IMG/VR virus record: IMGVR_UViG_3300032241_002057
Span: 1 to 54,785 of that record
Source of the DNA: a virus
Lineage: Duplodnaviria > Caudoviricetes
DNA length: 54,785 bases
Direction: 5' to 3' (one strand)
Part shown: positions 28,103 through 38,187 of the stretch, piece after piece
Layout: each line of letters begins with the position of its first letter
Numbering within the stretch: the stretch's first letter is position 1
Position numbers and translations under genes: made by a program
The notes under the pieces: generated by a model
Database searches by the model: none
Told to the model about the DNA's origin: nothing
Seen by the model: the letters and a program-made list of their open reading frames with translations, nothing else

Positions 28103-31100
28103 TTACTTGTTAGGTAATATTTTCGTTATTATACCAGACGGCGCTTGGCCAAGTTTGTTTGTTATCGATGATATTGTAGGTGTTGCATTAGATACCACTG
28201 GTACAACGTCTGTAAATGGCGCCGACATAAATTTAGTAACTTCAGCAAGACGCCTCTGAATAAGTTGTGGTACAACTTGGTTATTACCGTTAAGTGTCCA
28301 TTGCATCCACAAATTTGGCACATTTTGTAGATTTTTAGCTTTTAGCTGTTTAATTACCTGACTATTGGTAAAATTATTTTGTCCTATATTAAATGCTAGA
28401 CTACACAACATGTCGTATTGTGTTTGTGTAACTGATACATTTGCGATTGCAGGCCTCATCCATGATTGAACGGTTACCATATCTTGTTGAAACAATTGAC
28501 CGATTAATTGTTGGCTTAAAGGAAAATCCAAAGAATACTGCGATCCATTTATAGATACTTGTCCGGTACTGATCTCAACTGGTGTTAAATTATGTCCGTA
28601 ACCTATCTGAGAAACCGGTGGTGATCCTACGACAATTGGTATATAACTTCCATTTTCGAATCCAACCATAAATTGTGCACCTGCAGACGACAACTGTAAA
28701 CTTGCAGAGGATTGTACAGCCGTATTTGATACTGGTCCTTGATAAGCATATACTGGCTGATTTTGATTATTATAACCAGCACCCTGATAAATGCCTGCAG
28801 GCATGTTAGCTAGAGGAGTACCGATAAGATTCAGAGGTTTACTACTGTTTACTATTACTTCACCGGGGCGCAATCCAGTCTTCGTATTAACTGATGTTGC
28901 ATTTTGGATACCGTAAGAATTTCTTCCCCCGTGATCGTCATATGGTTCGTGATAAGGGAGATGATAAACGATGGTTTCAGTAAGAACAGGTATAACATTA
29001 CCAAGAGTATCTAAGATCCCATCTTGTTGATTAATACTAATAGGTGTACAGGCTTGAACCGCCGGGACCGCCGGCGTTGGTTGTGCACCATTTAAATCTA
29101 TACGTGTACTATATAAATTAATACCTCCTCCTGCACCTACTGAGTAATCTTGCCCTGCACTGGTATGCAAATAACCGCTGGCAACTTGATTAAAATTAGA
29201 ACCAGATGTGTCAAAAATACTACTACCAACATATCTATGATGACATGCACCAGATGTTAAAAACATAGATTGGCAAGTCCATAAATGCATACTATTAACC
29301 GCTTGAATCTTAATATAGCCATTATTGGTATTTGAGCTGCAACCTGCTACAGATTGCGGAGCAAACTGACTATCTCCTGTTCCGGGTGTTGGTGTTGGAC
29401 CTCCAGAACCAAGAAGATCTGGTCGTTCTAAATACAAGTTTGATTCTTTAACTCTTCTAGAAGCAACACTTGCCGGTCCAGCTTGGGCAATAACGTTAGC
29501 TGCACCTTGAAGATCTTTGTTGATTATAAAATTGGTAATACCTGATCCTATCATACGCGATAGAGTAGCAGGACTATTATAATACACACTTGTTAGAGCA
29601 GCTTGTTGATATGGACCTAATAGATCCCACGCGCCGCCGAGTAAACCGTGTGCTCCTGCCATATAAGTTTGAACGTCTATGTTAAGCAATGCCGTAGCTT
29701 GTGCATCAGATATTGTACCACTACCAGGTGGATTTGCACTTGAGTTAGGTCTTGTTACCGGTACTCTTCCTGCTGTACCAGTATCAATATATCCTTGGGC
29801 ATATTCGTTTTGTTTGATTTGATGGCCGTATCCTATACTAACCAATGTTCGTTGACTTGCCGCATCCCAATATGCATTGTTAGATTTGCCTTCTACGCTT
29901 TGTAAAAATGGTACCAATACACTTGTAGTGGTAACACCCGGGCTAATTGGTCCGGTTGGTCCTGTTGTAGCAGTTGTTGTTGCAGCAGCAATTGGGTTAC
30001 CTGGACCTGTTGGGCCTGATGGTATCGAAGGTGCAGGAGATCCTAACGAATTTGATGACGAAAAGAGATTACCAATGCTAGATGATATGCTTGATGTTGA
30101 AATAAATGTTGAACCGCTTTGCGCATTTGTTGATGTAGCCGATCCCGACGGTATGCCCCCGTTTGAACCTGTTTGTTGGGGAGTTGTACCGGATGGGTTA
30201 GCAGGTTTTAATTTAGACTGCACATCGTTTGAAAGAACATTGTAATCTCGAGGTATAATGTTATTGTTTGTTGGGTAATTACTTAACGGTATTATTTGAT
30301 CACCCTTTGCTGTAGCAAAAGTCTTTATTGTAGTTGCAGATGTTGAATTATAAGGTAATATCCACACGTAATTAGATGCAGCCAACGTTGATCTAATAGC
30401 TGTTATATTTGCAAGCAATAATGTCTGATCAGTATCGTTCGATCCTACACTGATAACACCATTTACAATGCCACTAGATCCGTTAGAATTACTTTTAACG
30501 GCTTGTAATGCGTCGCTTGATGACCATCCAAGTTGTGCAATGGTAGTTGATCCCGGTATACGTTGTGCGATTGCGGCTGCTGTACCATCTCCTATCATTG
30601 CAGCTGGACCAACAACTGGAGGAGTAGGTTGAGGTACATTAGCACCCGGATTTACTATCGGTGTCAACGCGGTAGTACCTTTAGCTTTGATATTGATATT
30701 TTGCCCTGCTTCGATATTTACATCTTGGTCTGCACGCAAATTCAAACTTCCTTGACTTCTAAGACTAATATCCCCGTATGCATACACGTCAATTTTGCCA
30801 CCTGCATCCATGCTTATCCAGTTTTTACCATCAACTGAATTTAGATAAATGCACCCAGTTGTATCGTTAAGTAATATCTGTACACCGTTAGCAGTTCTTA
30901 ATCTTATATAAGTATTGCTAGGGTCTTCGTCGAAGACAAATTGACTACCGCCTGGAGTTAAAATACCAGAAACACTATTTGGCGGATCAACCCGGCGAGC
31001 GCCTGCACTAGATACCCCCCTGATTATGTCGTTGTTCAACCCTTGTTGAACAAGTTGTCCAGCTAATGGGTACAATGGACGATTTTGAGGTTGACCATTT

Positions 31101-31570
31101 TTTTGCGTAATTTTTTTATTGTATTCTGCTGTCGGTAATGTTGCTTGAGAGTTATCACCAGGTATTCCAGGAACCATCTGGTTCATATTTTGTTGAAATA
31201 AACATCCTAGCCAAATACCTCTTGCAGGGTCTCCATTGATAAATGCTACCACTACTTCGTTGTTAATATCTGGAGGAACAAACCACATTCCGTAACTGCG
31301 TTGAGTACTTGGCTCTGTATTATCGTTTTTATTATCCCATACATTGCTGGCACCAGCAAAAGGTGCACAATAGTTTACAGTAAACCATGTTTTTGGGTCG
31401 TTTGGATCTGCAGACAATTCTGGAATCCAGACTTTTAAACGTCCCATGTATAGTCCGTCGGATGCATCTTTTACAAACCCGACATATATTTTATCCTGAA
31501 GTGTTGCTCTGCCAGTTGGTTGTAAAGAATAACCAGGCGGAGAATCTATGTGTCTAGACCATGTTACCAT
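28103..31570 (-). CDS. baseplate hub/spike (gp5-like) with an SGNH-like domain and two GH24 lysozyme domains
   Basis: gp5 OB fold GRLKVWIPEL...YGMWFVPPD; lysozyme motifs VEG..AYWD..SIGYGH..RRVKE and FEN..IGYGH..QYDMLCSLAFNIG..RRLAE. Confidence 0.85.
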   Translation of the reverse strand: MVTWSRHIDSPPGYSLQPTGRATLQDKIYVGFVKDASDGLYMGRLKVWIPELSADPNDPKTWFTVNYCAPFAGASNVWDNKNDNTEPSTQRSYGMWFVPPDINNEVVVAFINGDPARGIWLGCLFQQNMNQMVPGIPGDNSQATLPTAEYNKKITQKNGQPQNRPLYPLAGQLVQQGLNNDIIRGVSSAGARRVDPPNSVSGILTPGGSQFVFDEDPSNTYIRLRTANGVQILLNDTTGCIYLNSVDGKNWISMDAGGKIDVYAYGDISLRSQGSLNLRADQDVNIEAGQNINIKAKGTTALTPIVNPGANVPQPTPPVVGPAAMIGDGTAAAIAQRIPGSTTIAQLGWSSSDALQAVKSNSNGSSGIVNGVISVGSNDTDQTLLLANITAIRSTLAASNYVWILPYNSTSATTIKTFATAKGDQIIPLSNYPTNNNIIPRDYNVLSNDVQSKLKPANPSGTTPQQTGSNGGIPSGSATSTNAQSGSTFISTSSISSSIGNLFSSSNSLGSPAPSIPSGPTGPGNPIAAATTTATTGPTGPISPGVTTTSVLVPFLQSVEGKSNNAYWDAASQRTLVSIGYGHQIKQNEYAQGYIDTGTAGRVPVTRPNSSANPPGSGTISDAQATALLNIDVQTYMAGAHGLLGGAWDLLGPYQQAALTSVYYNSPATLSRMIGSGITNFIINKDLQGAANVIAQAGPASVASRRVKESNLYLERPDLLGSGGPTPTPGTGDSQFAPQSVAGCSSNTNNGYIKIQAVNSMHLWTCQSMFLTSGACHHRYVGSSIFDTSGSNFNQVASGYLHTSAGQDYSVGAGGGINLYSTRIDLNGAQPTPAVPAVQACTPISINQQDGILDTLGNVIPVLTETIVYHLPYHEPYDDHGGRNSYGIQNATSVNTKTGLRPGEVIVNSSKPLNLIGTPLANMPAGIYQGAGYNNQNQPVYAYQGPVSNTAVQSSASLQLSSAGAQFMVGFENGSYIPIVVGSPPVSQIGYGHNLTPVEISTGQVSINGSQYSLDFPLSQQLIGQLFQQDMVTVQSWMRPAIANVSVTQTQYDMLCSLAFNIGQNNFTNSQVIKQLKAKNLQNVPNLWMQWTLNGNNQVVPQLIQRRLAEVTKFMSAPFTDVVPVVSNATPTISSITNKLGQAPSGIITKILPNK

Positions 31571-31606
31571 ATCAATATTTACCAGTATTTTTTTGAAGGT
31601 GTATAA

Positions 31607-34099
31607 TCACAACCCTGTAATTATTCCGGCTCCGGTTACACCATCTGCTGTTGGTGTAACAATTTTTGAAAAATTTGCACTAACTGCAGATGCTGCCGCA
31701 GAGATAGCCGTTGATGCTGTCGTCGGTGGATTAGTGGGCGGATTTGACAGTAGATCTCTTTTTGAATCTAGTTTTTGTATAAAGGTTCCGTTTTTAAAAA
31801 TGCTTTTGACTTTTATTACTTTCCAAAAACCATTCCACATAACTGTTTTATCGTTGAAATTCATCAATCCCGTCGACTCGGCATAAGAGGTACCAGTCCT
31901 TAATGTAAAAACATATCCAACATCACCACTATAAAACCACGCTGACGATAATCTAGCTGCTGCCGGCGGAGAATTACCGCTATTGATATAATTAAGTTCG
32001 TCTATATTACTAAAACCTAACCAATACGGATCTCCACGTATTTCCAATTCCATACGTGCTAGGCTCTGTGATTTTGCTTCGTTGAGTATACTTGCCATTA
32101 TAGAACGAGTTGGCGGTGTATTATCAACAGTCTCGCCAGATGTAGCAGTTTGTTGTTTACCGTCTCCCCCTTGTATAGTTTGCTGATTCAACGGTTCACC
32201 AGATCCTCTGCCGCTAATTGGGAAAGGATTTGGAGCAAATAATGGGGTGCCAACATCCTCTAGATAGCTAGCTTTTCTAGCTAATGTTACGGGAATAGGT
32301 AAATTACCAGAGTTGTTTCCTAAACCTAAAGAATTTTCTAATTTATTAACTCCACTGACAAATGCTCCTTTAACGTATGTTATAGCTGTATTTGGATACG
32401 ACGGAATTTGACCAGCTGCTGCTGTTGCCGCAGTTTGACCTGGGCTCTGATTAACAGGAGTTACCGATGCTTGTTGAGATGACGAAAATAATTGACTAAC
32501 CGAATTGTTAGGACCTAATATCTGGTTAGTTTGAGATTGTGCAGCACTCCCGGCTATAGCAGCAGCACTGGTTAGTGCACTAGTAGACGAATTTATCAAT
32601 CCAAGTAAATTTGTCCCAGAATTATTTGATTGTGCCGGGACCGTAGCTTGTTTCTGAATGTTAGTTTGAGTTTCTGATTGAATAGCAACTCCTGCATTGT
32701 TCAGTTGTGGGCCTACGGTAAAATTAGAATATGTATTTTTACCAAGTTGTTGAACAATAGCTAATTGGTCTTTGATGCTTAGTTTTAATTCAAATTTATT
32801 GATGTCTAGATTTTGCCCAGTGTATGTCCAAAAATAATGTTTTATAAAATTGTTAGATTGTGCTAATGATAATTGTCGTGCTTGTTGTACAGTCGGTTGT
32901 CGAGTATTAGCAGCATTTTGTAAATCTATGATAGCAACACTAGTCGGATATTGTACAAATGTATATGTAACAGTTCTAGGATAGTCATTGAGTTGAGTAT
33001 CAAACGGACCGTTGATCTCTGACCAACCGTAAATGACAATTAGATTTGCCATACCGTTTGCTTTTAATGACGCAGCACCAATTGTGCCTGCCGAATTATT
33101 TGCATTCCCGCTACCAGATGACCAATTCTGCCCATCCTGTGTCATACTGGTAACAAAATTGACAATATTATTAACATCCATACCTTGACCAAGTTGTATC
33201 GTTGGATTATTAACATTTCCGTTTGTTGAAAATTGTCTCTGGCTATTCACCGGAGCTGTATCGAACTTCCAATTTTTAGCAAAAGACGTGTTAAATTTAT
33301 AGGTAATTTTAGGTTTTTTACCTTCGTATAAGTTTGCATTCTGATTTGTCATTTCAACTGCAAGTTGGTCGAAAAATTGACCTATGGTAGAAACTGGACC
33401 TATATTCACTGCCTTGTTTAATACCGCTACATGGTCTGCAGTGGTATACATGTTATGCACTAAAAATTTAATCTTATAAGTTGTGCCTGATTCTGTAGTA
33501 GTACTTTCGATATCTTTTATATCGACTTGCCACACTTTATAGATATTATTTAGATTTGAATTTGTAACACCGTTTTCGTCATATCCGTTAAACCAAATTT
33601 CTAAAAAATAAGAATGACATTGCAGATAATTAGATATACCGATATTACGTGCTGCATTGTATAAATTATCCATGAGAGTAATACCGTATGGTTCAACGAC
33701 CGTCATGTCTGCAGTTATTTCATTTGTTTGTGGAGTTTTTTCATATCCTGGTAATAAAGTAGTTATCTCTAGATCAATAATGTTATATTGACTGGTTACT
33801 CCGCTTTCGGCAATTATTATTTTTCCAACACCATTGCGAAATGTTGATGATGCTGATGATACACCGCTTTTGGTAATAGCTGTTGCATCGTTGTCTGATG
33901 TCATGCTCCATCTAATATGATATGTATAATTTGCATTTGAATCTAATATATTCGGTTTAAAATTAAATGTAACATTCTGAGAGACTAATCCATTTTGTAT
34001 AACAGATGATCCGATGTTAGATTGTGCACTTACTGGAGCACCAACTGCTATTTGTGCTGCTGCTGAATTAATATTAACACTAGCTGATTGGTCTGCCAT
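31607..34099 (-). CDS. baseplate hub protein (gp27-like, putative)
   Basis: IIAESGVT, EPYGITL, LEIRGDPYWL, KSIFKNGTFIQKL; lies between the gp53-like and gp5-like genes. Confidence 0.6.
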   Translation of the reverse strand: MADQSASVNINSAAAQIAVGAPVSAQSNIGSSVIQNGLVSQNVTFNFKPNILDSNANYTYHIRWSMTSDNDATAITKSGVSSASSTFRNGVGKIIIAESGVTSQYNIIDLEITTLLPGYEKTPQTNEITADMTVVEPYGITLMDNLYNAARNIGISNYLQCHSYFLEIWFNGYDENGVTNSNLNNIYKVWQVDIKDIESTTTESGTTYKIKFLVHNMYTTADHVAVLNKAVNIGPVSTIGQFFDQLAVEMTNQNANLYEGKKPKITYKFNTSFAKNWKFDTAPVNSQRQFSTNGNVNNPTIQLGQGMDVNNIVNFVTSMTQDGQNWSSGSGNANNSAGTIGAASLKANGMANLIVIYGWSEINGPFDTQLNDYPRTVTYTFVQYPTSVAIIDLQNAANTRQPTVQQARQLSLAQSNNFIKHYFWTYTGQNLDINKFELKLSIKDQLAIVQQLGKNTYSNFTVGPQLNNAGVAIQSETQTNIQKQATVPAQSNNSGTNLLGLINSSTSALTSAAAIAGSAAQSQTNQILGPNNSVSQLFSSSQQASVTPVNQSPGQTAATAAAGQIPSYPNTAITYVKGAFVSGVNKLENSLGLGNNSGNLPIPVTLARKASYLEDVGTPLFAPNPFPISGRGSGEPLNQQTIQGGDGKQQTATSGETVDNTPPTRSIMASILNEAKSQSLARMELEIRGDPYWLGFSNIDELNYINSGNSPPAAARLSSAWFYSGDVGYVFTLRTGTSYAESTGLMNFNDKTVMWNGFWKVIKVKSIFKNGTFIQKLDSKRDLLSNPPTNPPTTASTAISAAASAVSANFSKIVTPTADGVTGAGIITGL

Positions 34100-34102
34100 A
34101 GA

Positions 34103-34417
34103 TTATGATCCTGCAAGAGGTAATACAGATTTATCCGGTAGATATATGTTTATACCAGCAATGAGATCGTATATTGGATCTTTTATAATATCTGGATTTC
34201 TCATAGCAAATACCCACCAATATCCGGTTGTTCCGTATAAGTCAAAACTTAAAAGATCAGGCCGATGTTGATAATTAGCTGTTACCTGATAATACGTGTC
34301 GTTCTGACTAGGTATAATTTGAACACTATTATCCCAACTATCTAGATACGGCAGATAATTATATATCTGCGGAGTAGTGGCATATGGGCTAGTGGGATTA
34401 TATACGCTTTGACTCAT
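34103..34417 (-). CDS. baseplate wedge protein (gp53/LysM-like)
   Basis: HRPDLLSFDLYG...WWVFAMRN; start at 34417 gives an ATGA overlap and good AAGGA spacing. Confidence 0.8.
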   Translation of the reverse strand: MSQSVYNPTSPYATTPQIYNYLPYLDSWDNSVQIIPSQNDTYYQVTANYQHRPDLLSFDLYGTTGYWWVFAMRNPDIIKDPIYDLIAGINIYLPDKSVLPLAGS

Positions 34418-35460
34418 ATCCATGTTCCTTGAGTTAACAGATATCCACTCCTAAATTGTCCAAGATTAAATGCTCTGAGCCGTTGAGGTGTATTTTGTAC
34501 CACCAGCTGAACCGTTATATTAAACACAGCAGGAAGCCAAGCATACCCTACCCAATTGGCTGGATTTCCAGCTACATTAGCAATTGCAGGATTGTATTGT
34601 GAAAATTGATTTTGATTGATATTAGCAAATGCTTGTGCAGCAGCTTGCGGTGTTATAGGTTGTGTTGTTTGTGATAAAAGCTGACTTGGCGGCGGCGGAA
34701 TTATAAAACTGGTATTTTGTAAAGCACTTGCTTGTATCGCAACATAATCCACATCTTTTGGTAAAGTAATTGTAAATTGCGTAACAATCACAGGCAATGC
34801 ATTGAACATATATTGTCCATACGCATCAAAAAGCAAAACAGGTGGTGGAGTACCTGCATTTGGGTCATTTTGACCGAAATTCATTTTTGATACAGTACGA
34901 AGAAAATGTATGCAACCTAATGCATATAGTCCTTCGGTTTGATTTTGTACTGTAAAATCACCTTCTACAGAGAATTTTAATGCAGGAGTTTTGCTATACG
35001 AATAAAAATCTTGGTTGGTATGTACAGTTTCTAAATTAGTATAGTTAATATCTTGGCTCCAAGTTATTGTCGGTTGATACGGAAATAGCATGCCACTGGT
35101 GTTGATTAGCGGAGTCATTAATCCGTTACCTAAAATCTGAGACAATACTGCAGGTTTTGGTCGTAATCTAACTCTGCGACCGGCTGTATCGTTTAAATTT
35201 TGTTGAGCCGGTAACGGGTTAGGTATAGCAACAGGTTGTTGACTAGCAGATACTGTGTTTAACGCAGATGCTAATAAATTTGGAGCAGAAACAGTAGAAC
35301 CAGCGCTAACTCCTTGTGTACCAGCAGCATTGGTAGTCGACGATCCAGCGCTACTCCAAGTAAATGGATTATACCATTCGAATCCGCCTGGTTGAGGAGG
35401 TTGTCCTGCAGGTCCTGCTACTGGGTTAACTTGAGCCGATTGAGAAACTGAGCCAGACAT
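34414..35460 (-). CDS. tail tube initiator / baseplate-tube junction protein (gp48/gp54-like)
   Basis: FPYQPTI, HFLRTVSKM, GTPPPVLLFDAYG; TATAAATA upstream at 35491-35498. Confidence 0.65.
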   Translation of the reverse strand: MSGSVSQSAQVNPVAGPAGQPPQPGGFEWYNPFTWSSAGSSTTNAAGTQGVSAGSTVSAPNLLASALNTVSASQQPVAIPNPLPAQQNLNDTAGRRVRLRPKPAVLSQILGNGLMTPLINTSGMLFPYQPTITWSQDINYTNLETVHTNQDFYSYSKTPALKFSVEGDFTVQNQTEGLYALGCIHFLRTVSKMNFGQNDPNAGTPPPVLLFDAYGQYMFNALPVIVTQFTITLPKDVDYVAIQASALQNTSFIIPPPPSQLLSQTTQPITPQAAAQAFANINQNQFSQYNPAIANVAGNPANWVGYAWLPAVFNITVQLVVQNTPQRLRAFNLGQFRSGYLLTQGTWI

Positions 35461-35534
35461 GTAAAATCACCGTTGCATTTGTTAATTGTATATTTATAGT
35501 CAAAATTAACCTGTTGATTTGCAAGAAATCTTTT

Positions 35535-35563
35535 TTGACGAATTACTCATAAATCATTATATT
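35535..35563 (+). promoter_or_regulatory. sigma70-type promoter for the late sigma gene
   Basis: TTGACG-17-TATATT. Confidence 0.55.
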
Positions 35564-35594
35564 ATTTACTAATACATATTTGTAAAGGAATTTA

Positions 35595-36956
35595 ATGTCT
35601 ATTGCACCTCCAGCTACTAAAATAAAATACTTAACAAATAAGGATTTACTAGAAGAAATACACCGTAGCAAGCTATCATACTGTAGCTTTGTTGACCCTA
35701 TGCACGCAAAGTATGATTTTATAGTTGCGAATATATCATTAATTACTCAGAAACGAATAGATGATGCAAGAAAAAAGAAACTTGCTGAAATTCAAGCCGT
35801 TGAAAAAAAAGAACATATCAATCGTGGGATCAAAGATTTTAAGAGTAAATGGTCAATCGATGATATACCTGCCGAAAGCATCGTGGTTAGAGTTATGACA
35901 TATGATCATATACCTATCAATCCAGAAAAAGTTGGCAAGGCTAAAACCGAAGGTGAGCGTCATATACGTTGCAATTTTCCGCCATTTCAACATTATATTA
36001 TGCAAGATGATCAATTAAAATGTGTATTAAAAAGTCACTGGCAAGGTGGATTAGAAAATGGTTATTTTTCAAAAGATCACGGCAAAATGACCAACAAACT
36101 AGCAATGATGTTTATGAAACTGGTTGATCGTTATGGTCATAGAGGGAACTGGCGCGGTTATTGTGTTGATACCGAGACTGAGGCTTTGACTACAAAGGGG
36201 TTTTTACGTCATGATCAAATAACAGAAAATGATACGATCTTGTCGTGTTGTAACGGTGTTCTCACGTGGTCTAAAATTAAAAGTATCTATCGTGGAGAAT
36301 TTTCCGGAAAAATGTTTTATCTAACTTCTCCTGGTATGGATGCACTTGTAACACCTAAACATAAATTCCTCACCTTATCGGGATTAAAAGAAGTAGAGCA
36401 TATTGATCATACAGATACCATTGTACTGTTGGGCAAAGGTGTTTCTGATTTGTCAGCTCTTCAAATAGATGCTATACCAAGACAAGATCTGTATGATATT
36501 CTTAATATTTGTAACGGAGAAATGAATCAAGGATTACCAAATAATGTAAGTGCCGGTGGAATAGACTTTCACGGAGGCTGGAGAGGTTATGGTCCGGAAA
36601 ATTCTCCTGTGGTAGCATACACTGGTATAGTTTGGTGTCCTGAAACAGAATATGGGTGTTTTGTTGCTAGGCGCAATGGAACTATATATTTAACTGGAAA
36701 TTCATATCTTGAGGAAATGAAAAGTCAAGCATTGTTACAGCTCAGTCAGGTTGGTTTACAATTTGACGAAAGTAGAAGTGATCAACCGAATCCGTTTGCA
36801 TATTATACTCAGACTATCACTAATTCTTTTATGCGTATATTACATGTTGAAAAGAAAAATCAAACAATACGAGACGATATGTTAATAATGCATGATTCGT
36901 CTCCTAGTTGGACACGACAAACTGATGATGCAATCAAACAACAAAAGGATTCATAA
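35595..36956 (+). CDS. late transcription sigma factor (gp55-like), intein-containing
   Basis: YLTNKDLL, NWRGY|...|SYLEEMKSQA, NPFAYYTQTITNSF...EKKNQ. Confidence 0.85.
   Translation: MSIAPPATKIKYLTNKDLLEEIHRSKLSYCSFVDPMHAKYDFIVANISLITQKRIDDARKKKLAEIQAVEKKEHINRGIKDFKSKWSIDDIPAESIVVRVMTYDHIPINPEKVGKAKTEGERHIRCNFPPFQHYIMQDDQLKCVLKSHWQGGLENGYFSKDHGKMTNKLAMMFMKLVDRYGHRGNWRGYCVDTETEALTTKGFLRHDQITENDTILSCCNGVLTWSKIKSIYRGEFSGKMFYLTSPGMDALVTPKHKFLTLSGLKEVEHIDHTDTIVLLGKGVSDLSALQIDAIPRQDLYDILNICNGEMNQGLPNNVSAGGIDFHGGWRGYGPENSPVVAYTGIVWCPETEYGCFVARRNGTIYLTGNSYLEEMKSQALLQLSQVGLQFDESRSDQPNPFAYYTQTITNSFMRILHVEKKNQTIRDDMLIMHDSSPSWTRQTDDAIKQQKDS
36162..36701 (+). other. mini-intein (180 aa) in the late sigma factor
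   Basis: Block A CVDTETEALT, block B TPKH, C-terminal WCPETEYG...TGN followed by Ser; no LAGLIDADG motif seen. Confidence 0.9.
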
Positions 36957-37164
36957 TACAGGAATTAAAGTTTTTGATTCAAATAGAGTTGTTTGTATCG
37001 TAAAATCTATTATACCTCAAATTTTGAATTACTTTGGCTGTGGTGCACGCTTCTGTTTATTATTTGGTATAATTGAAGTAAGTTGCTAACAATGAATTAT
37101 AAATTTGTTGTCAGTTACTGATATGTATTAAAATTGCATCATACACGCATTTAGAGAGACAATA

Positions 37165-38184
37165 ATGTCTAAAGATCCAGATTTTTCACACGTTTCTATT
37201 TTCACTGACATCCATTATGGATTAAAAAATAACAGCAGAGAACATAACGATTCTTGTGAAAGATTTATTAAATGGATGATCGAACAGTCAGAAGATCGTA
37301 ACATAAAAACTTGTATTTTTGGAGGGGATTTCCATCATGTTAGATCTGCGATTAACATATCAACATTAAATTATTCTGTAAGTGGGTTGAAATTATTAAA
37401 TGATTATTTTGATCATACAATATTCATACTAGGAAACCATGATTTGTTTTACAGAGACAAATATGAGATTCATAGTTTACCGTATATCACGCAATTCCCT
37501 AAAATTACAGTTGTCGATTCTATGAGGGAAATTGGTGATGTTGCGTTCGTTCCGTGGTTAGTAGCAGACGAATGGAAGAGCGTACCCAAGTTGAAAGCTC
37601 CTTATATGTTTGGGCATTTTGAGCTTCCTCGGTTCAAGATGAACGCAATGGTCGAGATGCCGGACCATGGTTTATTAAATGCTACACATTTTGTCAATCA
37701 AAAACAGGTATTCTCTGGACATTTTCATAAACGTCAAAATTCAGGAAAGATATGGTATATTGGTAACGCATTCCCGCATAATTTTGCAGATGCATGGGAT
37801 GATGATCGCGGAGCAATGTTTTGGAAACCAGGAGAAACTCCCGAATTTTTAGCTTGGCCAGATGCACCAAAATATCGTACATTAACTTTAAGTCAAGTTG
37901 TTGCTAATCCAACCAAATATATTGACGATAAGACTTTTGCTAAGATAACAATTGATATTGATACCAACTATGAAGACGTAAATTTTATACGAGATTTGCT
38001 AGAGCATGATTTAAATGCTAGAGAAATACAAATGATAACTGCTAAGGTAAACGAGTTAGATCAGTTAGACGAAGAAGATATCAATTTTGAAAGTGTTGAT
38101 ACCATTGTAATCAGCCATTTACAAAGCATCGAATCTACTGTAATGGATAAAAATGAACTTATACGCATTTATCAGGAGATTTAA
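37165..38184 (+). CDS. recombination endonuclease subunit (gp47/SbcD/Mre11-like)
   Basis: DIHYG, GDFHH, GNHD, GHF, SGHFH metallophosphoesterase motifs. Confidence 0.92.
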   Translation: MSKDPDFSHVSIFTDIHYGLKNNSREHNDSCERFIKWMIEQSEDRNIKTCIFGGDFHHVRSAINISTLNYSVSGLKLLNDYFDHTIFILGNHDLFYRDKYEIHSLPYITQFPKITVVDSMREIGDVAFVPWLVADEWKSVPKLKAPYMFGHFELPRFKMNAMVEMPDHGLLNATHFVNQKQVFSGHFHKRQNSGKIWYIGNAFPHNFADAWDDDRGAMFWKPGETPEFLAWPDAPKYRTLTLSQVVANPTKYIDDKTFAKITIDIDTNYEDVNFIRDLLEHDLNAREIQMITAKVNELDQLDEEDINFESVDTIVISHLQSIESTVMDKNELIRIYQEI

Positions 38185-38187
38185 GTC

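Noticed and set aside
36567-36592. HGGWRGY inside the intein echoing the extein HRGNWRGY
   Set aside because: Only four identical residues, with different codons; chance cannot be excluded.
36957-37160. ~200-bp gap after the sigma gene as an ncRNA or gene
   Set aside because: No convincing ORF start or stable structure could be supported by eye.
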